From NCBI GenBank assembly GCA_951406725.2, contig OX597823.1:88784001-88848000 (forward strand): a stretch of 64,000 bases of DNA, given 5' to 3'. How positions within the stretch are numbered: position 1 is the first letter of the stretch; every line of letters starts with the position of its first letter. Under the pieces are notes generated by a model, which saw nothing but the letters and a program-made list of their open reading frames with translations, ran no database searches and had not been told where the DNA came from. Below are positions 38,384 to 55,140 of this stretch, piece by piece. Made by a program: the position numbers and the translations under genes. This DNA is from Octopus vulgaris (Eukaryota).

Positions 38384-38414
<31 letters not shown>

Positions 38415-38929
38415 TCAATATAGGGTGGCAAAAAAAATTTTGTAGAATTCTTTTGCCACCAGCGGCCTAGTGGGAAAAAATTAAATAGTCATAAACCATT
38501 TTTACGTTCAACATCACAATCAAGGAACGGCCATAATAGGCCATTCACCCACTAGAAATAACAGCCAAAAGCTTTAACCGCAAAATAACATTAATTCCGT
38601 AAACCAGGAGAAAATTGAAAAACATTTACCCTGTAATTTCTTAGACGATGCACCGTTTCATCTACCGTTTAATGGTAAACTAACCTGATTAAATTAAATC
38701 AAGCCAATCCACCATAGGCTGGTGGCAAAAGAATTCTACAAAATTTTTTTTGCCACCCTATATTGATTAATTATGAATTTTCTGGTTAGTTCCGTAATGG
38801 AATCGGTGGCTTATATTTATTTGCTGCCGATAAATTTGGCGCGAGTGCGACGATTTGATAATTTTAGGTCAGATATTGCCGAGGTAGCAAGAGGAATGCC
38901 TCGTGAAAAATATCTGTTCCGACTTGGCT

Positions 38930-39036
38930 ATTTCTTACTGATGAGTCTAAGGGCCTATGGTGGATTGGCTTGATTTAATTTAATCAGGTTAGTTTACCAT
39001 TAAACGGTAGATGAAACGGTGCATCGTCTAAGAAAT
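38930..39036 (+). ncRNA. type I hammerhead ribozyme, copy 1
   Basis: atttctta-CTGATGA-gtcta-[hairpin]-tagat-GAAA-cggtgcatcg-TC-taagaaat; predicted cleavage after C39028. Confidence 0.88.
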
Positions 39037-39420
39037 TACAGGGTAAATGTTTTTCAATTTTCTCCTGGTTTACGGAATTAATGTTATTTTGCGGTTAAAG
39101 CTTTTGGCTGTTATTTCTAGTGGGTGAATGGCCTATTATGGCCGTTCCTTGATTGTGATGTTGAACGTAAAAATGGTTTATGACTATTTAATTTTTTCCC
39201 ACTAGGCCGCTGGTGGCAAAAGAATTCTACAAAATTTTTTTTGCCACCCTATATTGATTAATTATGAATTTTCTGGTTAGTTCCGTAATGGAATCGGTGG
39301 CTTATATTTATTTGCTGCCGATAAATTTGGCGCGAGTGCGACGATTTGATAATTTTAGGTCAGATATTGCCGAGGTAGCAAGAGGAATGCCTCGTGAAAA
39401 ATATCTGTTCCGACTTGGCT

Positions 39421-39527
39421 ATTTCTTACTGATGAGTCTAAGGGCCTATGGTGGATTGGCTTGATTTAATTTAATCAGGTTAGTTTACCATTAAACGGTA
39501 GATGAAACGGTGCATCGTCTAAGAAAT
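39421..39527 (+). ncRNA. type I hammerhead ribozyme, copy 2
   Basis: Identical to copy 1; predicted cleavage after C39519. Confidence 0.88.
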
Positions 39528-39911
39528 TACAGGGTAAATGTTTTTCAATTTTCTCCTGGTTTACGGAATTAATGTTATTTTGCGGTTAAAGCTTTTGGCT
39601 GTTATTTCTAGTGGGTGAATGGCCTATTATGGCCGTTCCTTGATTGTGATGTTGAACGTAAAAATGGTTTATGACTATTTAATTTTTTCCCACTAGGCCG
39701 CTGGTGGCAAAAGAATTCTACAAAATTTTTTTTGCCACCCTATATTGATTAATTATGAATTTTCTGGTTAGTTCCGTAATGGAATCGGTGGCTTATATTT
39801 ATTTGCTGCCGATAAATTTGGCGCGAGTGCGACGATTTGAAAATTTTAGGTCAGATATTGCCGAGGTAGCAAGAGGAATGCCTCGTGAAAAATATCTGTT
39901 CCGACTTGGCT

Positions 39912-40018
39912 ATTTCTTACTGATGAGTCTAAGGGCCTATGGTGGATTGGCTTGATTTAATTTAATCAGGTTAGTTTACCATTAAACGGTAGATGAAACG
40001 GTGCATCGTCTAAGAAAT
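39912..40018 (+). ncRNA. type I hammerhead ribozyme, copy 3
   Basis: Identical to copy 1; predicted cleavage after C40010. Confidence 0.88.
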
Positions 40019-40136
40019 TACAGGGTAAATGTTTTTCAATTTTCTCCTGGTTTACGGAATTAATGTTATTTTGCGGTTAAAGATTTTGGCTGTTATTTCT
40101 AGTGGGTGAATGGCCTATTATGGCCGTTCCTTGATT

Positions 40137-40200
<64 letters not shown>

Positions 40201-40582
40201 TGTATGTATGTATGTATGTATGTATGTATCTATGTACGTGATTGGTTTTTTTTTGCTGGACTGTATATAATTACAATTCTACATGAAACTGAAAGTTTAG
40301 CGTACATATTAATTTTTAGGAAGAAAATTTGACAATAAATGCGAAGTTTTGGCTTGCTCGCTTTGATCATACTTCGTGATGGTGACGTGCAGGCTAAATC
40401 TTCGAATTCACTGCCAACCTCTTCTGAGTAAAAGTTCAAATATTAAGTATCCAAAGTCAACTTTAATAACACCTGACCCCTGAACCCCATTTCAAACCTC
40501 TACATAGATTATCTTCTTATACGTGTTGTCTAAGATAAAGTATCAAACATGTTCTAAACTATGCACAAAATATGAGAAGATA

Positions 40583-43165
<2,583 letters not shown>

Positions 43166-43374
43166 TAACATTCAAATGACTTTGAAATTGTAACATTTGA
43201 TAAGATTGACATGCACATGTCAATCGGTTTATATTTTATAAAAGTCACTTATTGTAACAAAAGTAAAAATTATAAAATCTTTAGATATATTTTTGTGCTG
43301 GTTTTACCTTTATTTTTAAATATAACCTTCGATTCGTATGGATACTTAAACCCTTCTACAAACTAACAAACTAC

Positions 43375-43435
<61 letters not shown>

Positions 43436-44409
43436 CATATATAATATATATATATACATACCATGGATTTACACAGAGTTTCCATCTACCATATTCACTA
43501 AAATTGCATTAGTCGGACAAGGGATATAGTAGAAGGCGCTTGTTCAAGGTACCTCGCACTGGGACCGAACCCGACACTACGTGGAAGCATAGTTGGCTTC
43601 TTAACTACACAACCAAGCTTATGGATAAAACAAATACTCGAAGCTTTATATATGTTGAAAATGTCTCGAATCTACCATCCTTGTAAATGTCCCTTAAAAT
43701 TCTTCCAGCACTAACTTACCAAATGGAACTTTATTTACTCAGGATTCCCAAAATGTCAATTTTTAAGATAACTCCGACAGGAAATGTATCAGATGACTCG
43801 GAGCGGTGGATTTAGCAAAAGTAAAATGGGTGACCCAATGTGGAAATGTGTCCATTATGAAACATTGATTTGATGTTTGAATGATTTGAGACAGAAATAC
43901 GAGAAAACTTGTCAAAAAAATACGTACCAAAAATCTAGTATAAAGACTAAAGGAGCGAAAATTATTCCAGTGAATCCGCCCATCTCCTACAGCAACAGGG
44001 CACAAAATATGAAAGATTTGTCTGCTATTTCTTAAGGGTTCATCGATCATACACCTATTCCTTATACTCGCGGTATCAAGAGTTGATTACCTGCATTGCA
44101 TCACACACGTATTTCCTTTCGCAGAGTCAAGCCACTATCGATCGGTGTCAGCATAGCAGTGACGATATAAGAGGCTATAATTAATTTATTTGTGCGATGA
44201 TCATAAATAATGGATACAAATTTAGTTAGGTTTGATATTTTGCAGCCGTGTCAAAGTAAAAAAAAAATATTGCCGGCATCATTGCCATTAATCAAAGAGG
44301 AAATGATAAAAATGATCGCCGTACAAACCTAAATAAAGATTGTTACGTTTCTGCTCACGTCATTTCCATTTTGCGGTAAAAGTAACAAGAACAAAAATAA
44401 CTACCACCG

Positions 44410-44451
<42 letters not shown>

Positions 44452-46063
44452 ATAATAATAATAATAATAATAATAGTAATAATAATAATACCTAAAGGAA
44501 GAATAAACAGATAGAAAATTGTTACGCCCACCGGCGTTTGAAAAGGCATTTCTTGAATTATCCAAAGTGAAGATAATAAATAGTATTGTCTCTGGATTCT
44601 AAACGAATATTTCTTTGAGCTATAATGAATATAAATACTCAAACATCAAAAACGCTGCTGCGATCGATCGATCGATTTAATTACACCATTCCTCCATTCC
44701 TCTGCGAAAGCATTTCATGTTTTGCCTTTTGCAAATTGTTTATTGTCGTAATATACATATGCAGAGATACACACATATATAAATTCATACATACACACGC
44801 AAACACACATAAATGAATGAATGTATAGATGCACATATGTATTAGTAGATATATAAATGCACACATGAATATATGTATATATATATACACTTATATGCAT
44901 ACATACAATCACAAATATTCATGTAAATATACACGTACACGCGCGCACACCCACACGCATATATATAACACATACTAAGATATATATATACCTGCAGGTA
45001 TGTATATATATATGTGTGTGTGTGTGCATTCATATATATACATATGTATATATAAGTATACATATCTATATGTATGTATGTTAGTATATATATATGCGTA
45101 TATATATATACACACGCACACACACACACACATATATATGTATAAATATGTATGTGTGTGTATATATATATGTACGTATGTAAGTGTATATATATATATA
45201 TACACACAAACACGCACGCACCCACATACATATACACACACATATATACAAACACACACACATGTGTATCTGACTACTGACTGACTTGCAACCGTCCTCT
45301 TTGTTCTCCGTTCTCATTAACTATGAAAGCATACATGCATATCAAAGGGTTTTCAAAACTAAAATTACAGCTAGAGATGACACAACAATAAATAGCGAAG
45401 ACGAAGAGAACATTGCGCCTTAGAAAGTTTAAAAATAAACTAAAAACATGAAATGAAGAAGGAAGCTATCGTTTCTTGTGCTCTTACGGGCATCAGATTT
45501 TAATAGCATTTCCTCAAACCAAAGTCTGGAGTAAATAACATGGAAACAATCTTATATATTATTATTTCAAAGGTATGCCTTTGATTATGTCAACATGACA
45601 TCATCAAAAGATATTTCTGGTCATAAAATCTGTATATACGCTTTTCTAATTATATTTGCTGACAACGCGTTTTCTTTAAGTTAAATCTGGTTTACTGTGT
45701 AAGCATTGGAGAAATCAAATTGTGTCGTCAGTTTAAAATACTTTTGATATGTATAGGTATTTTCCGTAAATAATAACTGTTAAGGGTTGTATTGACTATA
45801 GAAAATAGTCTAGTATTTGAAATATAAGTCCTCAACGGAAATAATAGGTATTAGTACGTGTAGAAACCGAACGTACGTCTCTTATTTTCTCGATAATGTG
45901 CAGACCGATAGCACCAGTTTACCTATCATTTTCTTTTTCTTCGATTTTAGACTTATAATATCATAGATTTGAACATATGTGTGTGTGTGCCTCTGTGTGT
46001 GTGTTTGTATGTATGTATATATATATATGTTGTATTTAGGAATGGTCATTTTGCCAGTTTAGG

Positions 46064-46102
<39 letters not shown>

Positions 46103-47021
46103 AATAATAATAATAATATTAGGGAATAAATCCAAACTTACAGGGAAAAATTAAATTTAGGATTAAATCTAATTTTATAGTATAAATATATTATATTATA
46201 TTAAATTAAATTAGAGATAAAACCACTATTAGGCAAATTAAACATAAGCCAATATATAAAATTAATTCAAAAATATAAAGTTAAAAATAAAAAAATTATT
46301 TAAATAGTTTAAACTTATAAATTTTATATATATATACAAATATATATATATATATATGTATGTATGAATATATTTATATTTATATATTATTTTATTTATT
46401 AATTAATTAATTTATTTATTTTTTTTTTATACCAAAAGTATTCAAAGTTTAATAATATATATATATATATGTGTTATTATTTTTATTGTATTTGTGTGAC
46501 ATTGTTTTTTTTCAACGTTTTTTCCCGTCCTTGTTTTTGTATACATTCGCTGCTTTCTTCCAAGGAATCTAATGCTCTTAGCTTAGTCTTTCCTTGAGGC
46601 TGGCCAGATTGGAGCATTCCCGAGGATAATCAGCCGAAATTACGAAGATAATCTGGTACTCGTCTGAGGAAAGAAAACTTCGAATGGCCCGTCCTTGTTT
46701 TCTTTGTATCGTCTGCCTGGATGTTTTTTTGTCCCATTTTTGTATCATCTAACTGTCCGATATTTTGCGTTCTTGTCCCATGTGGTATTTATTTTATTTA
46801 TATGTATTTATGTTTGTGTATATGTTGATATATTTCGGGATGGTCATTTTCTTTTGTTAAATAAAACACGCACAATACATTCTTTTACTATATATCCGTT
46901 CGTCACTTCAGATATATTATATTCATGTCCTTATTGAATGTCCTATGTCTGGAAATATTTCGTCACATTTTCTATGACCTCTTCAACGACTCTCCATTAT
47001 GTCTCCTCCTTTCCTGTTTAA

Positions 47022-47133
<112 letters not shown>

Positions 47134-47182
47134 TGCGTGTACTATTTCTACTACTACTTTGCTAACACACACAGGCAGTGAC

Positions 47183-47242
<60 letters not shown>

Positions 47243-47245
<3 letters not shown>

Positions 47246-47472
47246 TTTCTTTATTGCCCACAAGGGGCTAAACATAGAGGGGACAAACAAGGACAGACAA
47301 AGGGATTAAGTCGATTAGATCGACCCCAGTGCGCAAATTGTAGTAGTTTAATCGACCTCGAAAGGATGAAAGGCATAGTCGACCTCGGCGGAATTTGAAC
47401 TCAGAAAGTAACGGCATACGAAAACCCGCTAAGCATTTCGCTCCGGCGTGCTACCGATTGCGCAAGCTCGCC
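47243..47472 (-). mobile_element. SINE family C
   Basis: Reverse complement of the 23915 copy. Confidence 0.85.
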
Positions 47473-47939
47473 GCATTGCTTTATATGTATTAGAGCAAAT
47501 ATCTACACATTTCTACGCAAACGGTCATATATATGTATGTATGTGTGTGTGCGTATATATATATATATGCACACAACTATACAGATATATATATATGTAC
47601 ACGCATTTTTGTAAATACATACATACATACACACAAGTATAGAGGGTGCAGCAAAATGTCCACTCAAATTCACTTCACCCTGTATTTATACATATATATG
47701 TGTACTTGCGTGCGCGCGCTTGTGCGAACACGCGTGTGCGGCGAGTGTGCGTTTGTGTGAGTATGAGTGTGTGTGTTTGTGCGCGTGCACGTGTGCTTTT
47801 GATTCTATGTATGACTACCTGCATGTGTATGTGTGTGTGTGCGTGCGAATGAGAGGCTGCTTTAACTACAGCAAAAAGAAGGACAATCATACATTTTGTG
47901 CTTTGTTGAGGAAACAGAATTTTACAGGCTGTTTTATGA

Positions 47940-48313
47940 TTTATTCTTTTCAGTCATTTTACTGCGGCCATACTGGAGCTCCGAATTTAGTCGAAAGTAT
48001 AGACCCCGGGACCTACTCTTTTGTAACCTTGGTACTTATTCTATCTGCTACTTTTGCCGAACCGCTAACTTTCGGGGAAGTAAACTCACCAACATCGGTT
48101 GTCAAGCGACGGCGGGGGGACAAACACACACACACATAAATATATATATAAACCACCTCTCTTTCCTTCCCTGAGCGTCTGCTAATACTTTACATGTACC
48201 ACGTCCTCGCATTTTTGTTGTTTGCGTGTGTTTGTAATTCGTTTTATGGGGGAGGATTCACTCTCTCTCTCTCTATATATATATACATATATATATATAT
48301 ACATATATATATA

Positions 48314-48347
<34 letters not shown>

Positions 48348-48510
48348 ACGGGCTTCTTTCAGTTTCCGTCAATGAAATCCACTCACAACGCTTTGGTTGG
48401 CCTGAGGCTATATTAGAAGATACTTGCCGAAAGGTGCCACGCAGTGGGACTGAACCCGGAACCATATGGTTAGGAAACAAGCTACTTACCACACATCCAC
48501 GCCTACGCCT
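47940..48510 (-). mobile_element. SINE family A with a PLE-LTR-like fragment (about 48150-48260) in its internal (TA)n
   Basis: Family A halves flank ctttccttccctgagcgtc...gtaccacgtcctcgc, the reverse complement of 24885-24935. Confidence 0.8.
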
Positions 48511-49054
48511 ATATATATTTAATTATTTTAAATTTAATGTGATAGTTCTAGCGTATGGTTCGTCTACTTGATATCTCCAAAGTTTTTGTCTTCTGTGATA
48601 TATATACTACATCTTACATTGCCATTTCTCTAAAACCAATTCATGTCCGCGTGAATATTCAGAAATATATTAGAAATAATTCGATAATAAATTTTCTTTT
48701 ATTATGACCTAAATTGGAAAAAAAATACATATATTGAATTTTTATCATTTCTACATCTCCATTTTATACGTGTACTTAAAATTTTCATTTACGTTGTCTA
48801 CAAAATAATTTTCTGAAAATGATCTTTTCATCTAAGGAAATAACAGAATAGACATTTTTTTTAATATAAAAATTGACATAGGTTTCCTGTTATCTTCTAA
48901 GTTATCTTTTGTACTCCCAGACTGTTTTTAAAATGGATATTTTTTTTGTTTGCCTATTTATATATATATATTTTTTTGTATTATGAAAATGAAAAAATCG
49001 ATATAGATATTTATTTGTATTTTCTAAGGCCATTCGTTCAATATAAATAAATAA

Positions 49055-49094
<40 letters not shown>

Positions 49095-49327
49095 ATCCAT
49101 TTTTTGTCTCAAAATGATATTCTTTTTTAGCTGTGTCCAAATCAGCGATATCTGAAATTTATTGGAATTTGTCTTTAAACGAATATAAAATATAATAGAA
49201 TATCAGTAATTCAATTGTATTTTTCTCTTTATCGTTAATTAGGCCACAATATGCCTCACTATATGAGAGAACACACCTCAGTTAGTACACACATACTCAA
49301 ATACATACAAGCGCACATATGATAGTA

Positions 49328-50130
49328 TTAGGTCATCATAAATAATGCAGTTCTTTATACTTCTTTTATTTTTTAAAATTAAGGTAAACAAAACTCTTTT
49401 CTAATCTAAAATATACTCTCATTCATTTTCTACAATATTCTTCCATCTATCTGGTTGACTTGCAAATACTCCTCCAGTACTGATCTGGCCTTGTCTACAG
49501 AATTCATATTTTTTTACATCCAAATGATTTTGAAAACTGCAGAATAAATAATAATCGGTGAATATGGTGGGTGGGGCATCGTTTCCCATTCAAAGTGCTC
49601 CAGCATTAGGAATGTCATCTTCGCTGTATGTAGCCGAGCATTATCCTGATAGAAGAAAGACCTTTCGTTTTGAAACCAAAGATCGTCTTTTTTCCTCCGG
49701 CGCAGGTGTCGAATAATGATTAAATGACCAAATTCAAGCCTCTGTGATACTTCCTCAATAGTTACGATGGAATATTACCCCACCAGGGTTTGCAGGTCTT
49801 CGTCGAGCTCTACAGATCTTCCAGGACGAGGCTCATCTTCTAGGTTGTAGCTTACGGCTCGGAATTTCTGGAAAGACTGTTGACACAGGTTTACGCCTAT
49901 TGTCCGACCCACTGCATTAATATTCCTCACACTTTCCTTTGCGTGGTTGCATTTATTGAACTCATAAAGCAAAATATGCTGAATATACTCCTTTCTCGAA
50001 AAAACCCTGTTAAAACCTCTTCAAAACTTACACTAAGAATAAGAACAAGGTAAAATTACTATTTTGCTATTATAACAAGTTGATGCAGGTTGTTTATCTC
50101 GTCCCCTCCGACTTTTAGTTAATGCAGGTG
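49328..50130 (-). mobile_element. mariner relic with internal deletion
   Basis: LYEFNKCNHAKESVRNIN...LEDEPRPGRSVELDED; QDNARLHTAK...WETMPHPPYSP; TA|ttaggtcatc terminus. Confidence 0.85.
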
Positions 50131-50499
50131 AAAAAGCCGAACACAAACACACACACATTTACACACAACTACATATGTAACTTACACGCAACATATGTAT
50201 TTACTGAACATACACACGTTGACATATCGTAATTATGTACAGAATCTCTTCACCTACACTGACACACACACTCAAAAGCAAGCACGTACGTACGCACACA
50301 GGCACACATCCCCTACACTTAATCGCACTGACACGAACACGTATGTACGCACAGGGACAGTCATGCACTCATATGAACATCACGTACTCGACCCCACGTC
50401 CGTTTACTCACAACCCGGACACACACGCACACAGATAATAACTACATATACACATTTACACCCATCACACACAAGTATCTTACACACACCCACACACCA

Positions 50500-50830
50500 A
50501 TAGACACAATGGCCTTTTTGAACCTCTCCTGTCTTCAAAACTACTTTCTTGTTGCCAATGTTCTGATCAGTTATTTTTTGGCCATGTAACGACACGTGCT
50601 TTTCTCTGGACTTTGTATCACCTTCCTTTTCTTGTTCTCATACTTTTTTCCTCATTCCGATGAAGAGCCATGCACGAAACGTTATTTCCACTCCTATTTT
50701 TCCAATCGAATTTTTCTCTGATCATCAATCTAATATATTCACTGTGTGCGTATAATTGGACTTTTTGCTGTTTATTTCCAGTTTCTTATTTTTTTATTCG
50801 TATATTACATCATGCCTTCATACTCTGTCG
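50500..50830 (+). mobile_element. PLE pseudo-LTR-like repeat with degenerate hammerhead
   Basis: CCGATGA-A-GAGC-CAT-GCAC-GAAA-CG-TT at 50657-50683. Confidence 0.55.
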
Positions 50831-50859
50831 ACTGAGATCCATGTTGAAAGGCTACTGGA

Positions 50860-51243
50860 TGGAAGCACTCCGTCGGTTACGACGATGAGGGTTCCGGTTG
50901 ATCAGAATCAACGGAACAGCCTGCTCGTGAAATTAACGTGTAAGTGGCTGAGCACTCCACAGACACGTGTACCCTTAACGTAGTTCTCGGGGATATTCAG
51001 CGTGACACAGAGAGTGACAAGGCCGGCCCCTTGAAATACAGGTACAACAGAAACAGGAAGTAAGAGTGAGAGAATGTTGTGGTGAAAGAGTACAGCAGGG
51101 ATCATCATCATTCCTGTCGGAGCCTCGTGGAGCTTTAGGTGTTTTCGCTCAATAAACACTCACAACGCCCGGTCTGGGAATCGAAACCGCGATCCTACGA
51201 CCGCGAGTCCGCTGCCCTAACCACTGGGCCATTGCACCTCCAC
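50860..51243 (-). mobile_element. SINE family B, tail type 1
   Basis: Near-identical to 13848-14231. Confidence 0.92.
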
Positions 51244-51503
51244 CTGAAACGGTATTAATGTTAAGTAACAAGGTAAACGCTAATGATATGCAAATTAGTG
51301 GTTCCAGGTCTCTGTAGCTACTTAATTTTTTAGTATATAAACAGCTTGGCTGCATGCTTATATGCGATTGATCAAAGACATGTAGAGCCATTTATTGGGT
51401 AGCCAATAACGTTCCAATACCGATTAAGGCTGTTAGTCATTCCTTTTCAATCCACAGAAAAACATTAAAATCTTCCTTGTTGAAATATCAGCTACATATA
51501 TTT

Positions 51504-51990
<487 letters not shown>

Positions 51991-52375
51991 TATATATATA
52001 TGTGTGTGTGTGTGTGTGATGTATGTAAAAATCATACATGTGATATGTATATTAGGGTCGTAAGACCCTTTCTGTTTATTTCCTTGAGCTTTTATATGTA
52101 CATTCGTTTGCCTTGCTCAGGATTTTAGCCCTTGGCCCGACTGGTATCGAGTAGTATCGCAGAGGACTGAGCTAAATTTCGTGACATTCCAGACTCCAAC
52201 TTAAAAAGCAATTGGCTGCGAATAATCCGTGTACCTTGTCCTGTTTGCCGATGTTGTGCTATCGTCCTTTTCCTGCTTGTTATGTTTTCACGATTTCCGT
52301 TTGTTGTTTTTTTACTTTTGATTTATGTATATACACACACACACAGACACACACACACGCACACACACACACACG

Positions 52376-52435
<60 letters not shown>

Positions 52436-53700
52436 CATATAATCATATATGTGATGTTTATATCATATAATTATATATAGATGAATATAGCGTGCGCTTC
52501 CCAAATTAAAACATTATGAGAATTGGCCACGTCAAGAAAGTAATTACTAATAAAAAGACAAGTTTTGATTATCAGGAGTCTATATAAAAACAAAAACAAA
52601 AAAAATCTCACGTACTACTCCTGCCAAGTTCGCTGCGACTACAGTTATGAAGATATCGTAGAAAGCATTTTCCAAATACACTTAGCATCGAGTTAAGAAA
52701 TTATCCAGATCTGGAATCCGGTGATTTACACAACTCGCACACCTAGATTTTTTTAAATTCCTGAATATCGAGATAGGCATCTCTGGATATGAAAGGTTAG
52801 TTGAAGTACTCGGAAGTGGCAAACGTGGAGTTTTCAAATGCTGTAACCATAGAGGACTTACTATGGCCTGGACGTGTAGGTTTCCTCGGTTGTTTAAAAA
52901 TCGTTCTTTTAGAGGAAACGTCTTTTAGTATTCTTAGTGAATACGTCCTTCGATTCATGTTGGAACTGAGTACCCAACAGGGGAGGGCTGAGTCATATTG
53001 GTTGACCGTTTCCAACTGCTCAACGACTAGTGATATACCTCATCAACTCAGCTATGTCAGTTAAACAATGATGCCCATGTTTTTAGTAGCTCTGGTTGAA
53101 GTATTGTGTATACTTACACAATCAACACACACACACAAACACACACACAAACACACACAAACACACACACACACACATGCGCGCGCATTCATATATACAG
53201 ATAGAAACACATACATATACATTTATGGTTTCTGCACGTTTCCTTTGCAATGTAAAAATACAAACATAAGCGTTTTCTCCATCACTTTCGTATATTCGAA
53301 AATATTTTTAAACAGGAGATATTTCAAGGGAAGACAAGCTAGGATTAGCAACTGAATAATCGGACACCTGCCCCTCCAAGCGCTGATATTATGTGCTTTT
53401 AAGTTATAATGTGTTAATGAATACGCTAGACATATGTATAGAGTTCAATAATTTTATGGCTTCTAGCTGAATCAACATGCATATATATATATATATATAA
53501 TAAAATATTAGGGAGTAAATCCAAACTTACAGAGTTAGAAAGACCCCTCCATGGGGACTTAAATCTAATTTTATAGTATAAATATATATTATATTAAATT
53601 AGAGATAAATGTTTTAAAGTTTAATTTATTAATTTAAATCATTTTTATATTTTATATTGTTTATATTTTTTTATTAATTTTATGATTTATCTATAATTTA

Positions 53701-53960
<260 letters not shown>

Positions 53961-54807
53961 TCGTACCACATGTATCCCATACTATTGATTTTTATGCGCA
54001 TATTCCAAAATTCCAGTCTTATTGAACCTGTTAATAAGATTTTGCTCCTGAAAAATGAAGGTCATGGAGCTCTAAAATGTGAGAGTTAAGGCCCCTGTTG
54101 GGGGTGGGCATCTTAATGTCAACCAGAGATGTTGAATTGTTGAAAATCTTTTTAACTTGGGTTTATATCTATTGTTTGAATTTCTTTGAAATAGGAAATA
54201 TATGTTCACTGGGTTTGTAAAAGAGAGCAAAGCTACAGAAACCAAAAGACGAATGATCACAATAAGCAGTCAGTTACCCTACCCTAGTCGTTACCACTCC
54301 CAGTGTAGGATTCCTCACCATCCAGGTGACAGGGACAGCCGTAAGAATCTATAGCAATTGGAAGGGCGTGACCCAACTGAAATTAACATTAACAACTGTG
54401 TGACGTGAGGGCTAAGGAGAAATTAAAGTGTCACCTATACTGATACGTAACTCAACAGAATAAATTTAAAATCTATAAATATCTTTGAATAACCAGTCAC
54501 TCATCTGGGAAGGCCTTGAAATCAATGTTACCATCTGGGGACTATGTGTGACTGAGTGATAATAAAAAGAATGAAAGGAGGTCTGCAATCAAATAACTTT
54601 ACTCAACACTTTGCAACAGAATCAGTGGAGGCAAAGATGCCTCACATTTACTTAACAATTTATGCACAACATTGCAGAAATCACAATGTAAGTGTACGTC
54701 AAAGCAAACTGTTACACTTTTGTACCATTGAATTAGAAGTAATGCCAAACTTTTATGCTCGGGTAATCCTACAGTGACCAAGAGCACAACTGTATTCGTT
54801 TTTGCTT

Positions 54808-54907
54808 NNNNNNNNNNNNNNNNNNNNNNNNNNNNNNNNNNNNNNNNNNNNNNNNNNNNNNNNNNNNNNNNNNNNNNNNNNNNNNNNNNNNNNNNNNNNN
54901 NNNNNNN
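54808..54907. other. assembly gap (100 N)
   Basis: Run of N. Confidence 1.
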
Positions 54908-54914
54908 AGACATT

Positions 54915-55140
54915 TAAAATGAAAGGGTTTTTCTAAGGATATGTGCAGTACTTGTCAGCACAATCTTTTGGGTTTCTCTGAAACGTGGTTCTCCTGAGTT
55001 GTAATCTAGCAGTTTCTGACATCCTTTCTTTATATCATACCTAGAGCATCTACAATTACAGGGACAGTTCTCACTTTAAAATTCCACACCTTTTGTATTT
55101 CAATTTGCAGGTGCAAATTTGTCAAATACCTTTACAGATA
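54915..55140 (-). mobile_element. R4/Dong-clade LINE 3' fragment, degraded
   Basis: LQIEIQKVWNFKVRTVPVIVDALGMI...QKIVLTSTAHILRK, homologous to 31620-31810. Confidence 0.8.

Larger units (their letters stand above)
38409..40140 (+). mobile_element. 491-bp tandem array (about 2.9 units) with inverted 5' partial unit; retrozyme or PLE-LTR-like
   Basis: Exact 491-bp period (38773/39264/39755); 38409-38718 is the reverse complement of about 38954-39263; (TA)n on both sides. Confidence 0.9.

Noticed and set aside
38773-38973. 66-aa ORF repeated three times (MNFLVSSVMES...)
   Set aside because: Its recurrence just reflects the 491-bp repeat; it overlaps RNA helices and the ribozyme core and has no recognisable motif. 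Translation is not excluded but is unsupported.
46585-46680. Stem ggctg/cagcc followed by GAAA
   Set aside because: No CUGANGA core upstream.
52797-53064. Overlapping 72-87 aa ORFs in non-repetitive sequence
   Set aside because: No recognisable motif or convincing splice sites.
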